A DNA stretch of 64,000 nt, taken from contig JAFKGQ010000014.1 in NCBI GenBank assembly GCA_017307755.1, forward strand, positions 21,036 through 85,035, written 5' to 3'. Shown piece after piece: positions 9,898 to 20,900 of the stretch. Source of the stretch: Chitinophagaceae bacterium. GTDB lineage: Bacteria; Bacteroidota; Bacteroidia; Chitinophagales; Chitinophagaceae. The stretch's first letter is position 1. Each line of letters opens with the position of its first letter. A program made the position numbers and the translations under genes. The notes under the pieces are model-generated. The model searched no databases, was not told the DNA's origin, and worked only from the letters and a program-made list of their open reading frames with translations.

Positions 9898-10818
9898 ATG
9901 AAGCAGACAGAAACCATCCAGGAATTCTATACCAGGGTGCCGCAAGCCAACCCTGCGGGTCTTTCGCTCAACAATGCCGGCGCGGGACATTTCAATATAT
10001 TCAGCCGTAATGCCTGCTTCCCAAAAACATCCTACATCCGCCGGGACTTTTATAAGATATCCCTCATCATCGGGACAGGGAAGTTATATTATGCCAATAA
10101 ATGGATCCTCATTGACAGACCCGCCCTCCTGTTCTCCAATCCCATCATACCCTACTCCTGGGAAGCCATCTCCGATATACAGGAAGGTTGGTTTTGCCTG
10201 TTCACGGAAGATTTTATCCATCCCGTCGAACGCCGTGAAAGTCTGCAGGACTCTCCCTTGTTCCAGGTCGGCGGCTCACCCGTCTTTTTCATCGACCATC
10301 AGCAACAGGAAGAGCTGTCGGCCATCTTCCGCAAGATGCTGACGGAAATGGAGTCTATCTACACACATAAATACGACCTGCTCCGTAACTACCTTCATAT
10401 TATTATCCACGAGGCCATGAAAATGCAGCCGGCGGAAACGTATAAAAAAAACCACAATGCATCTTCCCGTATTACCTCTCTTTTCCTGGAGCTGCTGGAA
10501 CGTCAATTCCCTGTTGACACCCCCGAAACAAACCTCCAGCTGAGGACAGCCAATGACTTCGCCCGCAGCCTCTCCATTCATGTCAACTCCCTCAACAGAT
10601 CAGTAAAAGATATAACAGGCAAGACCACCACCAAACATATATCTTCCCGCATTATCAAGGAAGCACAGGCATTGTTAACCCACACGGACTGGAATATTTC
10701 CGAAATAGCCTATAGCCTGGGTTTTGAATACCCTGCCTATTTCAACAACTTCTTTAAAAGACAGACACAGCTTACCCCCAGCGAGGCAAGAAAAAGCCTG
10801 GAAAACAATCCTGTTTGA
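9898..10818 (+). CDS. AraC family transcriptional regulator
   Basis: RRDFYKISL and HTH FARSLSIHVNSLNRSVK...SEIAYSLGFEYPAYFNNFFK. Confidence 0.92.
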   Translation: MKQTETIQEFYTRVPQANPAGLSLNNAGAGHFNIFSRNACFPKTSYIRRDFYKISLIIGTGKLYYANKWILIDRPALLFSNPIIPYSWEAISDIQEGWFCLFTEDFIHPVERRESLQDSPLFQVGGSPVFFIDHQQQEELSAIFRKMLTEMESIYTHKYDLLRNYLHIIIHEAMKMQPAETYKKNHNASSRITSLFLELLERQFPVDTPETNLQLRTANDFARSLSIHVNSLNRSVKDITGKTTTKHISSRIIKEAQALLTHTDWNISEIAYSLGFEYPAYFNNFFKRQTQLTPSEARKSLENNPV

Positions 10819-10878
10819 ATTTTATAAGTATTGGTTTGATTACCTATAGGTTTGTCATCCAACCCCAGCCTAACTTTG
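10813..10878 (+). promoter_or_regulatory. Putative AraC tandem operator plus Bacteroidota -7 promoter of the aldo/keto reductase
   Basis: GTTTGA half-sites at 10813 and 10834 (21-bp period). TAACTTTG at 10871-10878 matches TAnnTTTG. Confidence 0.5.
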
Positions 10879-10897
10879 TCTGGTAAAATTTCATCGT

Positions 10898-11899
10898 ATG
10901 AAGTATAGAAAATTATCGACGACCAACGAAAACCTGTCCGCCATTGGTCTTGGCTGCATGGGTATGAGCTTCGCTTATGGCCCCGTTGACGACAAGGAAA
11001 GCATCGCCACGCTCAACAAGGCGCTGGACCTGGGTATCAATTTTTGGGATACGGCTGATATGTATGCTAATGGCATCAACGAACAGCTTATCTCTCAGGT
11101 CCTCGTACCCAACAGGGACAAGATCTTTATTGCCACCAAATTCGGTTTTAGATTCCGGGACGGTAAGGCTTCCCACAGCGGCGCCCCCGGCACCTATGTT
11201 GACGGTTCACCCGCCTGGATCCGCGAAGCCGTAGATAAAAGCCTTCAACGTCTTAAGATCGACACCATCGATCTTTACTATGCACACCGCATCGACCCCA
11301 ACGTACCCGTCGAAGAAACGGTAGGCGCTATGGCCGAACTGGTACGACAGGGGAAGGTCCGTTATCTGGGACTTTCAGAAGCTTCCGCCGCCTCTATCCG
11401 CAAGGCCCACGCAGTTCACCCCATCTCCGCCTTACAATCTGAATATTCCGTGCTGACACGGGATGTGGAAGGTGAGATCTTGAAGACTACCCGTGAATTG
11501 GGCATCAGCCTGGTGGCATACTCCCCTCTGGCGAGAGGTCTGGTGACATCCGTCGTGGATCCATCCCAACTGGCTGCAGACGATTTCCGGAAAGGTTTGC
11601 CCCGCTATTCGGACGAACACCTCGCCAACAATCAGGCTCTTGCTAAAGCATTTGGAGAAATAGCTGCGGATAAACAAGTGACTCCCGCCCAACTCGCGCT
11701 GGCCTGGGTCCTGGCGCAGGGCAACGACATCATCCCCATCCCCGGCACCAAGAAAAGAAAGTACCTGGAGGAAAATGCCGCAGCAGTGGACGTCACCCTG
11801 TCTCCGGCAGACCTGAAAGCCATCGATGAGCTGCTGGCCCGTTTCCCCGACACAGGCGGACGCTATAGCGAAGCCTCTATGAAATTGGTAAATAATTAA
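10898..11899 (+). CDS. Aldo/keto reductase
   Basis: [36 protein letters not shown] and IPIPGT. Confidence 0.95.
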   Translation: MKYRKLSTTNENLSAIGLGCMGMSFAYGPVDDKESIATLNKALDLGINFWDTADMYANGINEQLISQVLVPNRDKIFIATKFGFRFRDGKASHSGAPGTYVDGSPAWIREAVDKSLQRLKIDTIDLYYAHRIDPNVPVEETVGAMAELVRQGKVRYLGLSEASAASIRKAHAVHPISALQSEYSVLTRDVEGEILKTTRELGISLVAYSPLARGLVTSVVDPSQLAADDFRKGLPRYSDEHLANNQALAKAFGEIAADKQVTPAQLALAWVLAQGNDIIPIPGTKKRKYLEENAAAVDVTLSPADLKAIDELLARFPDTGGRYSEASMKLVNN

Positions 11900-11902
11900 A
11901 AT

Positions 11903-11932
11903 AAAAAAAGCCGCTCCCCGATGGGAGCGGCT
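11903..11932 (-). terminator. Rho-independent terminator, probably of the giant T9SS gene and possibly bidirectional
   Basis: AGCCGCTCCC-CGAT-GGGAGCGGCT, perfect 10-bp stem. The A7 run on + gives a U-tract on the minus strand. Confidence 0.75.
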
Positions 11933-11950
11933 AAGCTTAAAACCAGACCT

Positions 11951-14900
11951 TTATCTATTGATAAGCAACTTCTTTGTCACCCTCGTTTTATCATCCAGGT
12001 CGATGACTACGTGATACATCCCCGCCGCCAGTCGCGATACATCGAGAGAAAGCACCGCATCCACCGGCCTTACTACAGCCAGCATCTCCCGGCCAAGATT
12101 GTCAAAGATCGATACTTTCAACACCTTGTTGTCATTCAACCCGACGAATACCATGTCTGACGTTGGGTTCGGATATATGCTCAATTCGGATACCATGCCT
12201 ATATTGACCGTCCGCACATCAGAATATACCAATGTGCCATCCAGGTCCACCTGCTTCAGCCTATAGTAAGACAATCCTCTCAGGGGATGACTGTCTTTGG
12301 TAGCATAGGTCAACGGCAGACTGCTGTTGCCGGCCGCGGGTATAGTCTGGATAGGATCGAAATGCTGACCGTCACCCGAACGCTCTACGACAAAGTAATT
12401 GCTGTTCTTCTCGCTACCCGTGCTCCAGTCAATATCTACCAGGGATGCATTTATCTTGTTACACTTGAAGTACAACAGATCGATGGGTAAAACATTGTTC
12501 GCGGTGAGCGAAGCCAGGGTAAAAGCCCCAAAGATTGTCACAGGACCACCCGACGTCGCTGTCCCGGCGCCTGTGTTACCCGTCGTGGCGCTGTTACCCA
12601 GGTCCTTCCACTTCGATTGCGCAGTGCTCCAGCCCGCTACATGCAACTGACCCATGCTGGTGATGCTACCGCTATTGATATTCCAGGACAGGTTCACCGT
12701 GACATTGGAAGAACCATTGACCCTGTTGAGCATCCAATATTCATACTTCGACACATTGTTCAAAGTAATATCCCTGGAAGATTGAGGATACGTAGGCTTC
12801 GGATCTGCATGGATATACTGGGCCGTAAAAACATCCGTAGCCGATGAGGGCGAAGACATCGTAATGGGCCGGTAAGAGGTGTTGTCCCCCACCGGGAATG
12901 TAAAGGCGCCCGTGCCCACCTTCGTGACGACTCCATTCACATGACTGGCATCCGTCGCACCCGACACCGTCGAACCATTGAGGAAGGTCAGTGTGGCATT
13001 CTGAGTTACAAGGCCTGTGACAAAGGTCATCTGCTTGGACACCTGGTGCGTACCAGAGGCGATAGTGACGCCATAAGGCGTGTTGATCACCAGATTATAG
13101 AAAGTTTCCGCACCCGTACCATTGATGACGGCCGGTGAGCTGCAGCTGACAAAAGCCACCGTACCCGTACCCGGCGTAAAGGCGCCGTTATTGGTCCAGT
13201 TATGATATACAGACAAAGTGGGCGATCCGGACATGGTCAGCGTAGCACCGCTGTTGATCGTAAGATCATAGACACTGGCATCCGTAGACAAGGTCGGATT
13301 ATTAGGCGTCCCGCCGGCAATGATGGCGGAAGTAAACCTGTCAGGCGCCCCGGCTGTCCAGTTGCCGGATGCAAACCAGTTGTTGCTGACAGCACCCGTC
13401 CAGGTAGTGCTGCCGCCAGACTTCACAAAGGTCGCCGTATTGGAAGGATAGGCCCCCACCGTACATCCCGGTAGATTGGGCGTAAGTGTACAGGTTACCA
13501 CATCCCCACTGGCAAGCGAACCATTGGTATATGTGGCGCTCAGACCATTCTGCACGGTCACTCCATTCACCTGCCACTGGTAATTCGGGAAACTGCCCGC
13601 ATTCACCGCATTGGCTATAAAGCTGCCGCTGTTGAGGTTGGAGACAAAAGCATTGGTGATCGTCCCCCCTGTATTGTAGATACTTACATCCACCAGCAGC
13701 GGCAGCGTCGGAGCTGTGCCGCTGGTTCTTAACAACGTGCCGTTTTTATAGTATTTCACGACATTGTTCTCCACGGATATCTTCAATATATCCCCTGTAG
13801 CATAGGTTCCATAAGTGTTCCTGTAACTGCCCGATTCATAGACCTGTAGACCACCTCCGGCCACAAGATAAAATGCATACTGGATAGTCGTATAGCTAGA
13901 GCCGGTGTAGCTGGTGCTGAGCCCCGCCATCCGGCTGGTGGTGGTTTCGCTGGCCGTGAACTGGAAATAGCCATTGTTGCTCACCGTGTTCCAACTGGCC
14001 GCGCCCCCGTCCCAGTTACCATTGGATTGGAATTTGGACAGACCGTTCACGGACACGATGTTCATGTTGGGCGAAAGGTTGGACAATCTCCACTTCACCT
14101 GCTCCACTATAGCTGTACAGCTGGAAGGATCCACTACTCCTTGTATGGAGAAATCCAGGTTCAGAGGAGGCGTCGTCGTATTGGTGATCGTGTTGGAATT
14201 ATACGTCGTAACGCTGCATCCCGGCAGATCGGGTGTAAGGATACAGGTGATCACATCGTTATTGGAAAGTCCCGTATTGGTGTATGTAGTGCCGGCGCCC
14301 GTCTGTACGGTGATCCCATTGACCATCCACTGGAAAGTGGGATTAGCCCCAGCGTTCGCCGTAGCAGCGGTAAATGTACCCGTGCTGTAATTGGATACCA
14401 CGGCATTGCTGATGGTGCCGCCAGCATCCTTGATAGACACATCCGCCAGCAGCGGCAGTGTCGGCGCCACCGTGCTGACATACAATAAGGTGCCGTTCTT
14501 ATAATATTTCACGACATTATTTTCCACCACTATCTTCAACACATCTCCCGTCGTATAGGTGCCGGAAGACCATTTGCTACCGCCCGATTCATAGATCTGC
14601 AGACCTCCGCCGGCCACGAGATAAAATGCGTACTGGATGGTCGTATAGCTAGCGCTGGTGTAACTGGCGCTGAGCCCCGCCATCCGGTTGGTGGTGGTTT
14701 CGCTGGCTGTGAACTGGAAATAGCCGTTATTGCTCACCGTATTCCAGCTGGCAGCTCCTCCATCCCATACCCCATTGTTTTGGAATTTGGACAGGCTGTT
14801 TACGGATACGATGTTCATATTGGGTGAAAGGTTCGTCAATTTCCATTTCACCTGTTCAATGACAGCTGCACAACTGGAGCTGGCAGCTGTACCTAATATG

Positions 14901-17900
14901 GCAAATTCCACGTTCAACGGAGGTACGGCCGTATTGGTAATGGTATTGGAACTATAGGAGGTGGCCGCATTGCACCCGGACAGATCGGGCGTAAGCGCAC
15001 AGGTGACCACATCCCCATTGTTCAACGAAGTGTTCGTATAGGTAGCGCTGGCGCCTGTTTGCACCGTAGCCCCATTCACCATCCAACGGAAAGTAGGGTT
15101 TGCGCCCGCACCCGCGGTATTGGCTGTAAAGACACCGGAATTGTAGTTCGACACCAACGCGTTGCCGATGCTGCCACCGGAGGAGTTGATACTTACGTTC
15201 ACCAGTAAGGGTAATACAGGGGCGACAGCGCTCACATATACCTGGGTTCCATTTTTATAGTACCTCACCACATTGGACTCGACTGATATCTTCAGCACAT
15301 CCCCGGTCGCATAGGTGCCAAAAGTGCCGCGACCGTTGCCGGATTCATAGATCTGTAGACTACCGCCGGCTGTAAGGAAAAAGGCGTACTGGAGGTTTGT
15401 ATAGCTGTTACCCGTAAAGCTGGTGCTAAGGCCCGCCATCCTGTCCTTGTTCGTTTCAGTGGCTGTAAACTGAAAATAACCGTTATTGCTCACCGTGTTC
15501 CAGGAGGATGCGCCCGCATTCCAGCCGTTGTTCTGGAATCTTGAAATGCTGTTGGCGGAGGTGACAAGGTTGTTATTCAGATCGGACAGCTTCCATTTCA
15601 CCTGCTCGACGACAGACGTACAGTTGGAACTGGAGGCATTCCCTGTGATGGAGAAATCCAGGTTCAACGGCGCAGCTACGGTGTCGGTGATCGTATTGGA
15701 TAAAAAAGTGGTAGCCGCGCTGCAGCCCATAAGATCGGGCGTAAGTTCACAAGTCACCACATCCCCATTACTTAACGATGTATTCGTGTAGGTAGCATTG
15801 AGCCCCGTCTGCACGGTTGCCCCATTCACCATCCAACGGAAACTGGGATTCGCACCCGCATTCGCCGTGTTCGCCGTAAATGTCCCGGCACTGTAGTTCG
15901 ATACGACAGCCCCGCCAATGGTTCCGCCCACGTCGTAGATACTGGCATCCACCAGCATCGGCAAGGTCGGCGCAACATTACTTATATACAACAAAACTCC
16001 GTTCTTATAATATTTGACGACTCCCGCTTCCACGGTTATTTTCAATACATCCCCGGTGACATAGGTCCCAAATGCGCCGCGACTGCTGCCGGATTCATAG
16101 ATCTGCAGACTGCCGCCATTCACCAGATAAAAAGCATATTGAATATTCGTATAGCTGACGCCGGTATAGCTGGTGCTGAGCCCCGCCATCCGCGACCTGT
16201 TTGTCTCCGTAGCCGTAAACTGGAAATAACCGTTGTTGCTCACCGTATTCCAGGAGGATACACCACTGTTCCAGCCGCCGTTCTGAAATTTGGAAAGCCC
16301 ATTCACACCTGTAATAATGAGACTGGTGGAAAGATCGGATAATTTCCATTTCACCTGTTCGACTACAGCGCTGCAATTCGTCGTCGCCGGCGTTCCCTGT
16401 ATCGAGAAGTCCAGGTTGACAGGCATAACAACAGTATCCTTGATCGTATTGGAAGCAACGGGTATGGCATTACAGCCGGCCAGGTTTGGCGTCATCAGAC
16501 AGGTGACCACATCCCCATTGACAAGACTGGTATTGGTGTAGGTGGCGCTGGGACCCGTCTGTACCGTAACCCCGTTGACCATCCACTGGAAAGTGGGGCT
16601 CGCACCCGCATTCACCGTATTGGCGATAAAAGCACCGGCATTGTAATTGGAAACCACCGCATTCGTAATAGTGCCATTGACGGAATAAATGGCAACATCC
16701 ACCAGCATCGGGAGGGTCGGAGCAATATTGCTGATATACAGCAGTACGCCATTCTTATAATACTTCACCACATTGTTCTCAACCGCGATCTTCAGGACGT
16801 CCCCGGGAGCATAGGTCCCGAAAGTGCCCCGCCCGGCGCCGGACTCAATGATCTGCAAAGCCCCCCCGGAATTGAGATAGAAGCTATATTGAATATTCGT
16901 ATAGCTGTTCCCTGTATGGCTGCTGCTAAGACCTATCGCCCGGTAGGTGTTGATCTCACTGGCCGTAAACTGGAAATAACCATTGTTGCTCACGGTATTC
17001 CAGGAAGATGCTCCCGCGTTCCATCCATTGTTCTGGAACCTCGAAAGTCCGTTGACAGACACGATGGTAAGATTGTTATTGAGGTCCGATAGTTTCCACT
17101 TCACCTGCTCTACGACTGCACTACAGTTTGAAGTAGCCGCGACTCCCTGTATCGAGAAATCCATATTCAGAGGTGCAACCACCGTATCCTTGATAACATT
17201 GGACATTATTGGCATGGCAACACAGCCGGCAAGGTCAGGCGTCATCTCGCAGGTGACCACGTCTCCGTTAACAAGACTGCTATTAGTATAGATGGCGCTG
17301 GCGCCTGTTTGCACCGTAACCCCATTCACCATCCAACGGAAAGTAGGGTTAGCCCCCGCATTGGCCCTATTGGCTATAAAGACGCCGGCGTTGTAATTGA
17401 ACACCTGTGCATTTGAGATAGTGGCCCCTGCATGATACATGGATACATCCACCACCATGGGCAGCGTTGGAGCGATGCTGCTGATGTACAACAGCGTCCC
17501 GTTCTGATAATATTTTACCACGCCCGATTCTACGGCTATCTTCAGCACATCGCCTGTAGCATAATTTCCAAAACTCCCCCGATAGCTGCCCGACTCGAAT
17601 ATCTGGAGAGAGCCGCTGCTGGTGAGATAAAAAGCATATTGGATGCCGGCATTGCCGGCGCCGGTATAGCTGGTAGCAAGCCCCGCCATCCGGGCAGTGT
17701 TTGTCTCCGTGGCTGTAAACTGGAAATACCCATTGTCACTCACCGTATTCCAGCTGGCCGCACCCCCGTCCCAGGCATTGGATTGGAACTTGGACAGACT
17801 GTTGGTAGAAACAACAGTCATATTATTGGTGGTATTGCTCAGGTTCCATTTCACCTGCTCGAGGACGCCGCCGCAACTGGACGACGCCGCTGTACCTTGT

Positions 17901-20900
17901 ATGGAAAAGTCTATATTGATGGGTGCAATGACGGTATCCTTGATCGTATTGGAGGTCAGCTGGATACCACTACAACCGGAAAGATTAGGCGTCATTACAC
18001 AGGTGACCACATCCCCGCTGACAAGACTGGTATTGGTGTAGGTAGCGCTGGACCCCGTCTGCACAGTCACGCCATTCACCTTCCATTGGAAGGTCGGCGC
18101 GGCGCCCGCATTGGCAGTATTGGCGATAAACGCTCCGGCATTATAGTTAGCCACCAGGGCATTGGCGATGGTAGCCCCCGTATTATACAAGGATGCCTGC
18201 ACTGCCAGGGGTAAGGTCGGTGTAGTATTACTGATATATAAAAGATTCCCGTTCTGGTAATACTTTACTACGCCCGATTCCACCGAGATCTTTAGAATAT
18301 CCCCCGTAGCATATGTTCCAAATGTTCCTCTACCGCTGCCGGACTCGAATATCTGGAGAGCGCCGCCGCTGGTGAGATAAAATCCATATTGAATATTGGT
18401 ATAGTCCACGCCTGTATAGCTGGCGCTAAGCCCCACTTCACGATACTTATTCGTTTCGGTCGCCGTAAACTGGAAATAACCGTTGTTGCTCACGGTATTC
18501 CAGGAATAAGCCGCACAATCCCAGTTTCCCGTAATATTCTGGAACTTGCTCAGGTTACCCGTCGGGTCGATCGCCATATTGCTGGTGGTATTGGCGATCT
18601 TCCACTTCACCTGCTCTATCACCGAATTACAGTTGGTAGTAGCCGCTACCCCTTGTATGGAAAAATCCACGTTGACTGGGGTGGTCATGTTTTCGGTGAT
18701 CGTATTGGAAGCCACAGGCACAGCGGTGCAGCCGGATAAATTTGGGGTCAGTACACAGCTTACCACGTCGCTGCTGTTCAGGGACGTATTGGTATAGGTC
18801 GGGCTGTTGGTACCCACCGGTGCGCCGTTCAACAGCCACTGATAAGAGGGGCTGGCGCCCGCATTCACGGCCGTCGCCGTAAAAGTGCCTGTATTATAGT
18901 TCGACACCATCGCATTGCTGATCGTACCACCCGCATCAGAGATGCTGACATCCACCAGCATGGGAAGGGTTGGCGCTATCAGGCTGATATATACCAAAAC
19001 ACCATTCTTATAATACTTTACTACATTGTTCTCTACAGCTATCTTCAAGACGTCGCCCGGTGTATAAGTGCTGACCGTTCCTCTTGAACTGCCGGATTCA
19101 TAGATCGCCAGACTACCTCCATTCGTCAGGTAAAAAGCATATTGAATGGTGGTATAGCTGCTGCTTGTATAGCTGGTACTGAGGCCCGCCATCCGGGCTT
19201 TGTTCGTCTCACTGGCCGTGAACTGGAAATAACCATTATTGCTTACGGTATTCCAGCTGGCAGCCCCTCCATTCCAACCATTGACCTGGAATTTGGAAAG
19301 ACCGTTGGTGGACACCACCGACATGCCGGTGGTCAGCGTGCTCAGGTTCCATTTCACCTGTTCCACGATAGACCCGCAGCCGGACGCAGCCGGCGTACCC
19401 TGGATATAAAACTCCATATTGGCGGGAGGGACGGCAGCCGACGCCGTGATATTGTTGGACGTCGCCGTCAACGTGCCGCACCCCGGAATATTCGGAGTGA
19501 GCACACAGCTCACCACATCTCCCGCACCGAGCGAAGTATTTGTATAAGTATTGCTGTTGACGCCTACAGGACTTCCATTCAACAGCCATTGATACCCGGG
19601 ACTTGCACCCGCGTTTACAGCAGTCGCCGTAAAAGTCCCGGAGCTATAGTTCGTCACGGTAGCCCCGGTAACCGTACCGCCCTTGTCATTCAAGGAAACA
19701 TCGACGATCATCGGCAGCGTAGGGGCGGCATTGCTGATATACTGCAAAACCCCATTCTTGTAATATTTCACCGTGCCCGCTTCCACAGCGATCTTCATGA
19801 CATCCCCCGTGACATAACTGCCAAACGATCCACGATAGGAACCGTTCTCATATATCTGCAGAGCACTGCCGGATGTCAAAAACCAGGCGTATTGAATGGT
19901 GCTATAACTGTTGCTGGTATGCGTGGTGCTAAGCCCCACCATCCTATCCTTGTCCGTCTCGCTGGCCGTAAACTGAAGGTAGCCATTGTTGCTCACCGTA
20001 TTCCAACTGGCAGCCCCTCCATCCCAGGAGTTGGACTGGTACTTAGTCAGCAGACTGCCGGTGGCATATACATTGTTCAGTACGGAAGCCCGCCAGGCCA
20101 CATCTTCCTTTACCTGGGAACAGGTTGCGGCCGAACCACCGCCGGTGATGGAAAAATCCAACCCCGCGGGAACGATCTGGATCGAATAATAGCTGCTCTG
20201 GCTGCAATCCAACAACTGTCTGTCGGAATTGCTCAGTTTGCTGCCAAAGACCACTACTTCGGAAAGCTGCCCCGCAGGCAGCTCATTATCAGCCGGCAAT
20301 GGCGTCCCCCTGAACAGACGGATGCCATTCAGATTAGCGCCGGCGCCTGGAAAATTATGATATTGTACACCCCCGTTCAAATATTGTACGCCGCTGCTCG
20401 CATCACACAAGGCGGAATACATAAATAATGTATTGCCATTCAATTGTGGTATAGGCTGCAGGGAGGTGGCCGCACTCCAATCCTGAGGGGACAAGCCCAT
20501 GCTGGCAGGATTCGAAGTATTGGGATAAGCTATTTTAAAAGTATTGTTGGTCCCCCCGTCAAACATCGTGACATAACCCGTAGTAGACGTACCGACCCCC
20601 GTACGCCGGCTTACCAACGAGACGGACAATGGTGCAGTAAGCGCAAATGCAGCCGTCGCCATTGTACTGGAACTCCCATTGAAGTCACAAATAGGCCTCC
20701 CATTCTGTACATCTATGATGCCGGCATTTACGATACGGGGCTGTTTGGCCACGGTCGCCTGGATGGCGTCACGCCCATTACCGCTTTGGTCATACCAAAT
20801 AGTAACATACCCGCTGTTGCTGCCTACAAAGGACAACAGCGCCGTCTGATCGAGATCGCCGGCGCCGGTAAAACCGATATCCATAGTCAGACCATCGCTG

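Noticed and set aside
13425-20165. Regularly spaced conserved DNA blocks as a possible CRISPR array or diversity-generating retroelement
   Set aside because: The ~750-nt period is in frame within a CDS with synonymous variation. No cas or reverse transcriptase gene is present.
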